50,401 bases of DNA, taken from NCBI RefSeq assembly GCF_018977255.1, contig NW_024705377.1, forward strand, positions 1 through 50,401. The letters are read 5' to 3'. The notes under the pieces were generated by a model. The model did no database searches and was not told where the DNA came from. It worked only from the letters and a program-made list of their open reading frames with translations. The DNA is from Callorhinchus milii (lineage: Eukaryota). Positions 1 through 11,416 of the stretch are shown in pieces. Position numbers and translations under genes: made by a program. The first letter of the stretch is position 1. Each line of letters starts with the position of its first letter.

Positions 1-1
1 G

Positions 2-1626
2 GATGACATTGTCATCCTCTCAGCCGACAAAGGCAATGCCACTGTCATCATGGACAAAATAGAATACAACAACAAAATTCAAGAACTACTAAACGATGGC
101 AGCTATACAAAAATAAAAAGAGACCCCACCAACAGCCTCGTCTCCAAAACCAACAACATCATTTCTGCTTCAACCGCATTAATTGATCAGACCAAACAGT
201 TCTCGTTGAAACCTTCTGCAGCCAGACCACCAAGATTGTACGGCTTGCCAAAGATACATAAAGAAGATACACCTCTTCGTCCCATTGTCTCTACTATCAA
301 CTCCCCCACTTACAAACTGGCTCGTTTTTTGTCCGAAATCCTACGGCCTTTCACTGGAAAAACCACCTCTGCAGTACTAAACTCTACTGACCTGGTATCG
401 ACAATCAAGGGGATTGCCCTGTCCCCAGACGACCTGCTTGTCAGTTTTGATGTGGTTTCCTTGTTCACCAAGGTACCTGTGCCTGACACCATCGCAATCA
501 TTGAAGACTTGGTTCATCAAGGACTGAATGCTGGGGTACCCCCCCTGGTGAGACACTGCTTAACCAATACATACTTCACCTGGAATGGAACCTTCTACAA
601 GCAAATTGAGGGCACCCCAATGGGCTCCCCCCTATCTCCGGTTGTAGCCAACATCTTCATGGAGAAATTTGAGACGGACGCCATCCAGACTGCCACTCTA
701 CGCCCGACCTTATGGAAGAGGTACGTAGACGACACTTTTGTCATCTGGCCACATGGCCGGCCTGCTCTAGACCAATTTCTCGACCACATCAATTCCATAC
801 ACCCAGCCATCAGATTCACCATGGAAGTCGAAAATGATGGCAAGCTACCCTTTTTGGATGTCCTAATCAAAAGGAGACCTGATGGTTCAATGAGCCACTC
901 TGTCTACAGGAAAGCCACCCACACGGATGCTTATCTAAAACCGGATTCCCACCACCATCCATCCCAGAAGAATTCCCTCATCAAGACTCTATATCATAGA
1001 GCCCAATGCATCTCCGACCATGAACACATTTCCAGTGAACTCAAACACGTACGCCAAGCTCTTAAGGCAAATGGTTACTCCGACTATACAATCCGCAAAG
1101 CCATCACTCCAACCATCAAGAAGGATCCTGTTGAGGAGCCTTTCAAGACCATCACCTTACCCTACATTGCTGGGGTCACAAAAAAGATCTCCAAAATCCT
1201 GATTAAACACAAGATCCAGGTCCGATTCAACACAGTACATAAAATCCGTGATCTGGTACCGTCTGTAAAAGATGTGGTTCCAGACATACAGTACCCTGGC
1301 GTCTACAAACTAAGTTGCCTCTGTGGTAGCAGTTACATTGGGAAACCAAACGACATGTCTCGGACCGCATCCGTGAACATAAAGCTGACCTGAAACACGG
1401 TAGGACAAACACCTCAGCCGTGGCAGATCACTGTTACAACTCAGTGGGCTCACATGATATTGACTTCTCCAAGACAGAGGTTCTCTGCAAGCCATCTGGC
1501 TATCATGAGAGATTCGTTCATGAGGCGATCCACATATACAAACACAGAGACAATTTTAACCGAGAAGATGGATTCTGGCTCAGCAATCATTGGAAGGACG
1601 TAATAAACCATTTCGATACACATTAG
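2..1626 (+). CDS. Penelope RT + GIY-YIG endonuclease polyprotein (5'-partial; one -1 frameshift at GGG 1340-1342)
   Basis: Motifs YGLPKIHK..PLRPIVS, SFDVVSLFT, GTPMGSPLSP, RYVDDTF, LPFLDV, VYRKATHT, GVYKLSCLCGSSYIG. Adding one G gives YIGETKRHVSDRIREH...AVADHC...EAIHI...NREDG, ending at TAG 1624-1626. Confidence 0.92.
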
Positions 1627-2163
1627 GGTGGTAGAATAATACATAGTGTTATATTAAATGTATAAGATATAGGTTGGTTTACAGCAATACAGTATATAAT
1701 TTAATGTTGGCAGTATATAGTACGGTATATGCTCGTGTGATGTAAGAGAATAAGGTTTAGATGGAAGCATATTATATAATTTTTACGAGGTAGAATTGTA
1801 ATGTATTACTTGCTGTTAGTAACTCAGCTTATTAGAGTATAGTAAGTATACTGATGGTGCGATGCAGTTTATACTTTAGTTTTTTATGTAGTTTATACTT
1901 TAGTTTTCTACGTGGTTGTTGAGTAACTGCAGCTACATATCATTAACATTCCTTTCCTTTGTTACTGCTAATCCCTGCACCCCCCTTGGTTGCTGCTGAT
2001 CCTGCATAATGCATGGGCATAATATGACTTTGACACCCCCCGCCCAACGCCTACGCATTTTCCATGAATATGCTAAATTCCTCTTCACATGCACATTCTT
2101 TTGTTAAGGCGCTCTTCCCACCCAATGCAGCTTATATATAAGCTCCTAGTTTGGTAGTGTCTC

Positions 2164-2215
2164 ATTCTTCACCTGAAGACGGCTGCTTGCGTTGTAGCCG
2201 AAACGTCGTGAGAAT
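2164..2215 (+). ncRNA. Minimal type I hammerhead ribozyme in Penelope pLTR
   Basis: Stem I ATTCTTCAC/GTGAGAAT, core CTGAAGA, one extra C, stem II GGCTGC/GTAGCC, then GAAA-C-GTC with palindromic ACGT stem III; predicted cleavage after 2207. Confidence 0.85.
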
Positions 2216-2505
2216 TGTTTTATTATGTTTTATTTTTATTATTTTATTACTTCCCTTCTACGTGACTTTACCGAAAGAACCAAGAAGATCCTCCCTCTGC
2301 TTTTGGAGATCATCTCTGCCCAGCGCTTTTCCTGTTCTCACACTCCGAACTGCCCCTATAATGGCCGGCACGCATTTTGATGTGACGGCACGGCCTTTAT
2401 AGGTGCTCGACCTAGGGGAGGCCCGGGACCGGTTCAGATAATCGTCACTGGTCACTAGTGTTGGCCGTGAGCGGGAATCAAACCCGGAGGAGGTGGGTGT
2501 CTCAC

Positions 2506-2694
2506 CTTGATGGCCACGTGCAGGGGCGTGTCTCCGTGGGCCTCGTCTCTCGCGTCGATGTCGGCGCCATTGGCCAGCAGCGCGATGACGGCGGAGAGTG
2601 CCCCGGCACGCGCGGCCACGTGCAGCGGCGTGCTGCCGGCGCCATTGCGTGCACCCAGCCATTCAACGCCGCGCTCCGCCAGGTCGTAGATCAG
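2506..2694 (-). CDS. PLA2G6: PLA2G6-like (iPLA2-beta) N-terminal segment, coding exon 4: ankyrin repeats
   Basis: CAG|LIYDLAERGVEWLGARNGAGSTPLHVAARAGALSAVIALLANGADIDARDEAHGDTPLHVAIK|GTGAGA, 189 nt, phase 0-0; resembles PLA2G6 GNTALHVAV..GANADARGEHGNTPLHLA. Confidence 0.8.
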
Positions 2695-2857
2695 CTGGCG
2701 CCGCCGAGGGGCGAGGCACAAAGTGTGGGTGGGTGCGCGACAAACGTGACAGAGACTCGAATTCGATTCCCGCTCACGGCAAGCAACACCAGTGACGATT
2801 ATGTGACTGTGACTACATAAAAAAAAATCTGATTGAAAATAATGTATTTATACTATA

Positions 2858-3112
2858 TTTGAAGCTTTCGTGACTGCAAGGATTCATACTCTTAGGTTTT
2901 TTTCGCCCCTTAACTTGTATTTATGAACTTGTATCTTGAATTTTTTTTGCCTCACTTGATACAGTAAATATAGCTGTGACGGTCCTACCTGATGACGGAG
3001 ACTTGTGTTGCCTCCGAAACGTCGTGATTTATTACTTTATTTTATTTCTATTATTTTATTTATTTTATTTTTTGCCTACGTGACTTTACCGAAAAAACCT
3101 AAGAGTATGAAA
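2858..3112. mobile_element. Short Penelope-derived unit: inverted tail copy (2858-2905, minus) plus hammerhead and tail (2985-3112, plus)
   Basis: CTGATGA-C-GGAG..CTCC-GAAACGTC at 2989-3023, then CTACGTGACTTTACCGAAAAAACCTAAGAGTATGAA; reverse complement of the tail at 2858-2905. Confidence 0.8.
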
Positions 3113-3974
3113 ATAATGTCTTTAGAACTGTATGGTTGTCCTTCCCCCGCACCTCCGATTAGCACGGTTGGCTACGTACGGCGCGAAAGAAGTTCAACAT
3201 ATGTGTGACCATCACCCCTGGGGAAACAAAGTAGGCCGGGCGTGGTGCTGGCCACCCCACCCGCTCGTGTTCTATTCCAGCCCTTATCGGTGCTGCTTTT
3301 GTCTCCCACGTGGCAATGTTTACACACGGTGGCGCCCCTTAAATTAATTAATAATTTCTAATTGCATAAGTACATCTATTCCGTGGGGTTAAATGAATTA
3401 GCTAAGTACTGTATAGCACATATTTGCGAATAACGATTTTATGGATAAACAGGTACCAAGTGATGTGAGATTGGATATTAAGTTGAGGCCACAAAGGTGG
3501 GTCATGTATGGTACATTAAGTGCAAATGGAAGAGCAGAATGATAAAGCGGTTGTCTTCTGTTTAGTGATTCATTAGTGGCTGATCTGTAAGCAGCGTCAC
3601 AGTAATGCATATATTATCAGAGTATTTTTTTTGCATTCTGACCACAAGTATCGTGGTTAATGCAGACATGATTTCTGTTTTGTTGCCAGAAAAAAGGGGA
3701 AAACCTATGCTCATTTTGGTACTGGCAAAGGAGGTCCCATGATGAAGCATCACAGCAGTCAGACAGTGGTAGAACAATAGCTTCAACAATTACACAGCAG
3801 CAGCAGCAGGAACATCGCATCCACCCCACCCTTACCGCAACAACAACTAACAAAACACGTGGCAGCACCCTCCTGAAAAGAGTCTTGAGACTCGGCGAGG
3901 CTTTCCTGGGCAAGCAAACAGGCGCAGTAACAACGCCCTGGTTGTCAGGCGTCGTGATGGAGATGCTGCGTTAC

Positions 3975-4155
3975 CATGGCGACGTTGTCGACGACCTGCG
4001 CGGCCATGTAGTGCGCCGCCATGTTCCCCTGCTTGTCCGCGGCTTCCGCGCGCGCGCCCAGACCCAGCAGCCCACGCGCGCACGCCACCTGCTTCGCCTC
4101 CACAGCCATCATCAGCGGGGTGCGGCCGTTGTCGCTCTCCGGCTCGTCGATGCTC
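3975..4155 (-). CDS. PLA2G6: PLA2G6-like N-terminal segment, coding exon 3: ankyrin repeats
   Basis: CAG|(R)SIDEPESDNGRTPLMMAVEAKQVACARGLLGLGARAEAADKQGNMAAHYMAAQVVDNVAM|GTAACG, 181 nt, phase 2-0, compatible with both neighbours. Confidence 0.78.
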
Positions 4156-4240
4156 CTGCCGCCACAACGACAAGGACCCCCACCCCCCCGTGTAGCCTTT
4201 ACACATTTTTTGGGGCAAGTGCTGTTAGCGAGTAGTACCT

Positions 4241-4400
4241 GTTCTTCACCTGAGGACGGCTGCTTGCGTTGTGGCCGAAACGTCGTGAGAATTGGATTTT
4301 ATTATGTTTTATTTTTATTATTTATTATTTCCCTTCTGCGTGATTTTACTGAAAGAACCAAGAAGATGAATCCCTGCAGTCACGAAAGCTTTAAATCAAA
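4241..4400 (+). mobile_element. Solo Penelope pLTR fragment with minimal hammerhead ribozyme and complete tail
   Basis: Near-copy of 2165-2290: CTGAGGA-C-GGCTGC/GTGGCC-GAAACGTC-GTGAGAAT, tail ending CTGCAGTCACGAAAGCTTT. Confidence 0.85.
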
Positions 4401-5148
4401 ATAGCACTTGATAATTGTTTTTTTACCCTTCTATCTGGCAACAAAACTGACACCTTTATTACAAGGAGTCATGTCTGCATAGACCACAATTCCTGCAGCC
4501 ATAATTCAAACAAAATGGCTGCAGGTATTGTGGTCTGTCTCCCCAGTGCCAAGGTTTACACATCGCATCAGGTACTCATTTGAGGCTGAGTCGACCTAGG
4601 GGAGGCCCAGGACTGATTTAGATAAAAGTCACTGGTCGCCATATTCGTAGCACACGACACACACACACACAAAGACACAAAGTTCCCCCGTGTAGCCCAC
4701 ACAGGCTGTTGGGGAAAGTGCTGTTAGCGAGCACCTATGAAGTGGCTATGACCACGACCGGCCACTTTTGTCTGCCCAGCACTGATATTTATGTACAGGA
4801 CCTGGTACTTATTTTGGCTGTGAGTGGGAAATGAACTCGTGCAACTGCCTCCAACTCCCCAGCAGTGTCCTTGACCAGCCTCCTCCACAGAAGCCGATCT
4901 TGACACCACTGGTAACGATTATCGGCAAGTCTACTCAGCTCCACATCCTCCTGTACCGAATCACTCCATCGCTTCTCCAGCCCGTGCCACGCCCAAACAG
5001 AAGTTACTTGGGCATGCGGTGGCTAGGCATGTGGGCTACGTGACCCAGCCAAATTCAACATTCATCTTTTTGTCATGGATTAAACTCGTATGTGACAGGA
5101 TGTGGCCTCGCTTCAGCCTGTGTCCAGCGGCCTCCCCGCCACACCCAC

Positions 5149-5379
5149 CTGCAGACCTCGGCGTGAGACAGGGCCTGGTGAAGGCCGCAGTAGGCCGCCA
5201 CGTGGGCCAGTGTCCACTTCGGCTGCTGCTGGAGGCACCGGGCGACGGCCAGGAGCTTGCGTCGTCTCTGCTGGTCGTCGTCGCCGTCGTCCCGCGGGCA
5301 GCTCGTGAACGGGCGGAGGGACGCGTCCAGCCGTTCCGCCAGTTCCCGCGCCGCGCCCTCGTCACGCTCCGTGAACACT
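5149..5379 (-). CDS. PLA2G6: PLA2G6-like N-terminal segment, coding exon 2
   Basis: CAG|(R)VFTERDEGAARELAERLDASLRPF...QQPKWTLAHVAAYCGLHQALSHAEVC(R)|GTGGGT, 231 nt, phase 2-2; PKWTLAHVA resembles PLA2G6 HPSWSVAHLA. Confidence 0.78.
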
Positions 5380-5899
5380 CTGCAATGCCGGTAGTGGCCG
5401 AGGGGAGGTGGGGGGACCACATGGGAAGACCCTCAAGAAAGAACTTGAAAGGCTATCCATCGACGGTCCACGTTCCGGCATTAGCACATGAACTCACCGC
5501 TGATATTTTGTCCGGCGTGTTCCGCACAAGCCCTGTCTGTTGCATCACTGCGATCCCGATCTCTTCCCTCCTGGCGTTTCTCCCATCGCTCCCCTATCCG
5601 TCTCCTCGTCCCGTGAGAATTTCCCTTCCTCCTACTGATGAGCTCATCCCCTCTAAGTGTCTTGCTTGTGAGTCTGATGACTCGATCACCCGTCTCATCT
5701 GCTCTCGAACCCTCATCTCACCCAATGCAGAACCCTCATCTCACCCGATTTTATTATTACTTACCAGGAGAGCCTCACCAAGTCTCATGCCTCTTTTGTA
5801 GGAGATCCCTGTGAGGATATCACAGAAGGGGCAATGCTGCTGCTGTGTGTGAAATCCAAAATGGGTAAATTGCAAGTCATTTTTCAGCATTTGGGTTGT

Positions 5900-6260
5900 G
5901 GTTTGTTGACCAATACCAGTTAAATTTCGTGGGGGGTTTTTTAGCTATGGAAGGAAACCGGGGAATCCCATGTAGAACATGGGGAGAACATACAAATTCT
6001 ACACGCAGAAAGGTGGCCCAAGTTTGGAACCAAACCCAGGCCCCTACTTATTGTGAGGCACGAGCGTCACCACTAGAGGCCGACCGAAACTTAATTTCTG
6101 GTGTCGGCCGAGACCGAAAGTAAACCGAAAGTAAAAAATGTTACTTTCGGCCAAAACCTAAACTATGCCGAAAGAGGCCATTTGCCAACTTTCGGCGCCG
6201 AAACCGAAACCGAATTTCGGTCAGCCTCTCGTCACCACTGCGCCGCCACCACCGCCGCCC
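5900..6260 (-). mobile_element. V-SINE-like tRNA-derived SINE (related copies at ~8640-8810 -, ~16800-16980 -, ~18380-18550 -, ~20590-20890 +, ~21100-21290 -, ~21380-21652 +)
   Basis: tRNA-like head followed by a V-domain-like motif (GGAGTTTGCATGTTCTCCCCGTG...CCGGGT..TCC, clearest at ~20672-20725); boundaries approximate. Confidence 0.7.
6074..6230. mobile_element. hAT-type MITE nested in a SINE head
   Basis: TIRs TAGAGGCCGACCGAAA / TTTCGGTCAGCCTCT, perfect 8-bp TSD GTCACCAC (6066-6073, 6231-6238), internal CCGAAA repeats. Confidence 0.85.
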
Positions 6261-6349
6261 TGTCGCCCCACATGGAAGCATGGCCCTCGGAGCATCTCCT
6301 TTGCGTGAAGCGAGCGACGTGGAACGTGCGCGGACCGAGCCATCCTCAC

Positions 6350-6522
6350 CTCGCCCACCGCTCGGGTTCTTCCGACGCCTTCATCACCCCATGGAAAGTG
6401 GGCGACTCTGCTCCAATCTTGTGCAGGGTCAGGGCCTCCAGCTTCAGCACGCAGGCTCCCAGATCTTGAGCAGAGAAGAGCTCATACTCCAACGAGATTA
6501 TTGTTTTGGGGATGTTGTCCAT
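6350..6522 (-). CDS. PLA2G6: PLA2G6-like N-terminal segment, probable first coding exon
   Basis: GCCATGG start, MDNIPKTIISLEYELFSAQDLGACVLKLEALTLHKIGAESPTFHGVMKASEEPERWA(R)|GTGAGG; phase 2 matches the next exon; upstream acceptor TTTTCTAG at ~6547. Protein similarity itself is weak. Confidence 0.6.
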
Positions 6523-6834
6523 GGCGTGTCACCTGCGGAGTGTCACCTAGAAAAGAATATGGCATTCCGATTCGTAATTTATTTTTTTAAGGGTGAAGCC
6601 ACTTTCGTAGTGACATGACCAAATTTGTGTTTTTAAGACGCCTTCACCACCCGACGTGGCCAAATATATTAAATCGTCACCCGGTGTATGGGCGTTAAAC
6701 TTTGTGCTGATTATTATGATCGTTTCAACCCATTCATCCGGTGAGTTGAGCGATTGTCACAGATTTGAATGGATCGTAGTGGCCCAACTCAAACCAGTTA
6801 TGAATCGCAATATTTGCCTGCGAAAATGTACACC

Positions 6835-7140
6835 TTAATCATAATATTTCACATTTGAAAGGCGCATTTCATCCAAGGATCCCAACGTGCCGCATATGGA
6901 AAGCAGGAAAAAAAACAGAGCCAGCATAAAGGACCAAAACTATGGGGGAAAGGCCATTTTAAAGAGGTGAGTTTTCAGGGCAGATTTAAATAGCTCTAAA
7001 GATTGTTCTGTATTGGGGTGAGACACTGTGGTGTTGTTATCACCAACTGCCCGTGGGATTGCTTGAGGTTATATTACTCATGGCGGGGTCCACATCTTCC
7101 ATACCCGACTCCCAGTGTTGCACAGAACCTCTGCTTATCT
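6835..7140 (-). mobile_element. L2-type LINE 3' fragment
   Basis: Minus strand reads ...SLELFKSALKTHLF, a typical L2 ORF2 end, followed by an L2-like tail. Confidence 0.55.
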
Positions 7141-9254
7141 ATCCTGCAACTGCGACTCCAAAAAAAAAAGAAGTTGAAAAAAAACCTCACCGTAAAGTCA
7201 CCCAAAAACGCCTCTCTCACCAGGTGATACGACACATTAAACGCATCGTTCGCCTAAACACCGCGCACCTGTCTAAGCCCTGACATGGGCACTTTTACCC
7301 ACACACAGGTGACAGCCCATTTAGACATGTTTACATCTCTTCACCCAAATCTCTTTATCCACACAGATGGCCAAAAGTCAAAATGTGAGAATCCAAATAT
7401 TCATTGCTACAAAATACGGAATACTGCACACAAATTATGAACCATGAAGATGAAACGTTCACGCTCAACGATTACATAAAGTGCGATTATACAGCTTGCA
7501 GAATGCGAGGGCCTTTTCCTTAGTGGAAGTGGAATTGAATGTAAGCAATACTTTGTCGTGAGTACTCACCACAACCATCACATTGAGCACATATGCGTCG
7601 CCACTCACCTTGAGCCTCACCACCACCCCGAGTACTCACTACTACTTTGACCTGAGCAAACACATCCACTCACCTCTACTGTCAGGGTATCTCGAGTGCT
7701 TTCTCTATGCGGAAGAAGACGGGGCCAATGGTAGCGATCCGCAAAGTCCGAAAACGTTTAATCGCACATTTATATTCATCCAGTCCACCAGGAATCCACA
7801 CCCATGCCCTAGGGCGGAGGAGGGTTTGACTTTTGTCCCACGGTTAACGATACACTGCCTCGTGTCCTCCCACGTGTTCGCAACTCAAGTGATTTCATCC
7901 TTGCCCGAGAGCAATTATGTGTGGGCGAGCGTTAGGACTGTGGAGCGTGTGGGTTAATATAATCTAGGGTAACATTCTGCACCACAACCTCCTGTACAAT
8001 ACAGGCTGCTTAACATTGTGAGATTTTTTTTATCACCTACTGACTAACCCACTCGTAAAAATCCCAGTCACACTTTGACCCATTCACCCACTATATATGC
8101 AGAGTGGCAGAGCCTAGAGGTGTTACATTATGAGGAATTAATTTCATTGTTATTATTGACACTTGTTTGCCCAGGGAAGACTCACTGAGTCTCAAGACTA
8201 TTTTTCGGGAGGGTCCTGCCAGGTCTTCACAGCAGACGGGCGATGTTGCTGCTGTGTGTACTTGTGCAATTTTAACTTATATACTTTATATATTTTACGT
8301 ATTTATTTTTTGTGATTTGCTTACCTTTACTACACTTTGCACTCCCATCGTATTGTGTATTGTTTGCTGTTGTAACTTTCCGAACCACCCCTACTGGACA
8401 TCTGTTGTATTGCGATTTACGAAGCGTTTGACTTACGAACAGGTTGCAGGGACGAATTACGTCCGTAATATTTTGCTGTCTTTTCTTGATTTTCTGTTTG
8501 CACATAGTCACTTTAAGATGTTTTCTTGTTTATGTTTTTGTTTGTTGCGGTTGCACCCGATTCAAAGCCGAATGGCTCACAGGGCTATACCTAATAAATG
8601 AACTTTGAACTTTGAAGTCGAGGGCTGCCCTATCAGATAGCTACATTGTGTGTGTGATGGTGGGAGTAGATTTTCATATATCGGAGGGAACCCAGAGGAA
8701 AACCATGCAGAACAGGGGGAGAACATAACAACTCCTGAGTCGGAAATCAAACCCAGGCCCCTTCTTACTATGAGACCTGAGTATTACCACGGCGCGGCAC
8801 CACTCTGCCATCTAAAATATTACACACCATGCTGATTGCAACATGTGCAGGCGGCTATGCTGCACGTGATCTCTAATGCAGCATTGCAGAGGTAATGAGG
8901 GTTGTTGGATCACACACACACAGTCCTGAAACTCCCAAAATCTCCTGGCAGGATATCATGGCAGTACAGCAAGTGGGTTTGATTTCCAACTGTACTTCAT
9001 CTGTATAGCGATTAAGCGTTACCCCCATCTCACACGTGTGAGTTTTCTCCAGGTCCTCTCGTGTCCTAACATATGTGTAGTGACATAGCGCTGACTGTTG
9101 TACAGCAGCTGCAACTGCAGGTGGGCACTTAGCGCACACGCCGCTGAGCATACGCGTGTGTGCCGGCAGGGCGGAGGAACTGGGGTAAGGGTCACGGTAC
9201 ACCTCGTGGGGAAGCCCCTGGAACCCTCTGGTGAGTTCGAGAAGGGTGACGCGG

Positions 9255-9312
9255 CTAAGGCGGAGCCGGGGCGGAGCCAGGGCAGGGCAGAGCGAGGGCG
9301 GAGCCAATCGAG
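9255..9312. promoter_or_regulatory. Cluster of GC boxes and a CCAAT box (promoter-like)
   Basis: Three GGCGGAGCC motifs (two as GGGCGGAGCC) followed by CCAATC; target transcript not identifiable. Confidence 0.3.
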
Positions 9313-10429
9313 CCTAACCTCGTGCCTAGAACAAGGGGAATTCCCTCTCCACATCTCCGTGCCCAATGAAGGACACGTCCCCTGGGAAAAACAAAACAAA
9401 AACCCAAGGCTTCGTCTCCACTGGCTTCCCCGGTCAACTCCAGACCAGAGATCCAAGTGGGAGGAATACTGGAGCTTCTATAAACCCTCCCCATTAAAGC
9501 GCTTTGTTAATCGTAACACCAAGTTCCACCACAATATTATTTACTCTCTCCCTCTATATCCGTCCACGCCGCCGTTCCTGCTGACCCTGTGATGTGCTTC
9601 CATCCCCACCCCCCTCCGCATCACTCTCAAGTCATCCTCTTTCTCTCTCCCACCCTCACCAACCACCCATCCTCCCATTCTCTCCCATCCCTCTTCTCCC
9701 TTCACATCTTTCTCTTCCTCTTGTCCCCCCAACCCCCGCCTCGCCGTACGGCAGACCCCACTGCAAGGCACCGGATGTTATTACTGGGGGTCCCTGCCCC
9801 AGGACGAGGCTCCCGTTACCTGTCAGTCCACGATTCACCCCCCCCCCTTCCTACGCACTGCTTCCCTTCTACACATACCTGCCATCCTCCGGCCGCCTTA
9901 TACCCCTCCTTCCGTCCCCCTTTTGTGTAGTTCCGTCTCGCCCAAATGGATTACCGCGGGTTCTCTGCACTTCATCGCTGGAATCTTTCACCGTGTCGTA
10001 CCAGGCTCCCGTTTTGTTGTAATAAAAGTGTATTAAAAAAAAGTTGTACCATTCCACGGCAGCATTCGGGGCAGTTGCTGAGGAGTGGAGTCCGGCTCAA
10101 AGCAGTCCTGCAAAAATGTGGACTCCACCTGCTCTGTCTGAGTTGGGTAGAGCGTTTATCTCTAGCACGTGTGGGTTTTTTATGGGTGTACTCCCACATG
10201 TAAACACTTATTATTTCAGTGAATCCTCTACAGCATATGACAAGTTGAAATTATTACGATATAACAGGTGATGTTTCGGGCAATAGTCCTGTCTTCATAA
10301 CACATAAATAGTGGGCTGAGAGAGACAGTGGATTATAGTAGTTGGAGACTTCAATTTATACCGTGGTTTCTTATGAGAATTACATTTAAAACAACTTTCT
10401 GATGCACAGATTTTAAATAGGCGAATGAA

Positions 10430-11221
10430 TAGTTACCTATTAGTCACCGATCGACGCTAAAGATCGAGGAACTTTCCATTCTGCATGATGACAGATTTCA
10501 AACCCTGACCTATGCTTTGTGTCGTGTGCCAGTTCGGTTGAACCGCTGTTAGCTTCCAGAACGGTTCTAGACAATATCCCGAATCGTCAGCACAGGCCGG
10601 TCTTGGTACATATTGGGGTCGAAATCCCGATGATCATGTCCACCTCTGTGCCATGATACAACTTAAGGAAGGCCAACTGGGAACCTTTTACTAAAGACAT
10701 CGAGCGCACCCTCTCCTGGATCCCACCAAAGCCATAAAACTTCTAACACTTCACCAAGATTATGCTCAAAGCAGCCCACTCACACATCCCCCAGGGTTAC
10801 CGGGTGGAATATACCCTATCCTGGAGCGTATAAAGCGAGTCCCTGCTCCAGGAGTACATAGTCAGGAAACCCAGAATGTGGAAGAGCTCTCCAGAAGGAA
10901 GCCTGGGCAAACACCAACCTGCTGCAGAAATCCATCGTCAGCGACCCTACAATCCTCCAATTAGCAGGTGACCGACCAAGGAAAATCTGGTCCTCCTTTA
11001 AATCGGATTTGGACACTCCGTGGAAGACATGGGACACTTTCTCCACGAATAGAAAATTAGCGAAGAGTCCAGGTTGTGACCGTGGTGGTGGGACATCTCA
11101 GACTGTGCAATATCTCGTGAACGACTGCCCAATCAGATCATTCAACGGCGATCTGAAAAATATCCACTTGGCTACTCCTGAAGGAGTCGAATGGATATCA
11201 TATCTCGACATAGAGTTGTAA
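10430..11221 (+). mobile_element. Degenerate, internally deleted Ingi/Vingi-like LINE
   Basis: Endonuclease-end/linker remnants (PDLCFVS, QHRPVLVHIG, NLRKANWEPF) with stops, joined to the C-terminal zinc-knuckle-like region SPGCDRG..QTVQYLVNDCP..WISYLDIEL*. Confidence 0.6.
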
Positions 11222-11321
11222 TGTCGCAATCCCCAAAAATGCCATATAAAAGAAGAAGCAGCCGTTGAATTACAAACCCGGCACATTGCATTATAAGAAA
11301 AGGGTGACCTGGGCTGTGGTT

Positions 11322-11416
11322 CCCACCTGATGATGATTTCTTGTGTTGCAATCGAAATGTCGTTATTTTATTTTATTTTAAAACTACGTGACTTTACCGA
11401 AAGAACCAAAGAGTAT
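11322..11416 (+). mobile_element. Penelope-derived short unit with degenerate minimal hammerhead
   Basis: CTGATGA-T-GATT..AATC-GAAATGTC (11327-11361), T-rich spacer, then CTACGTGACTTTACCGAAAGAACCAAAGAGTAT. Confidence 0.72.

Larger units (their letters stand above)
1..2292 (+). mobile_element. Penelope-like retroelement (Penelope/Poseidon type), 5' end outside the window; lies antisense in an intron of the PLA2G6-like gene
   Basis: RT ORF followed by C-terminal GIY-YIG endonuclease, then an AT-rich 3' region, TATA-like TTATATATAA (~2132), a minimal hammerhead (2164-2215) and a conserved tail motif shared with dispersed copies. Confidence 0.93.

Noticed and set aside
5019..5801. 260-aa plus-strand ORF
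   Set aside because: Antisense shadow of the PLA2G6-like exon plus intronic sequence
7680..7974. TGT...ACA-bounded segment resembling a solo LTR
   Set aside because: Flanks give no clean TSD (CTCTAC vs TTCTGC) and no second copy is present; unresolved
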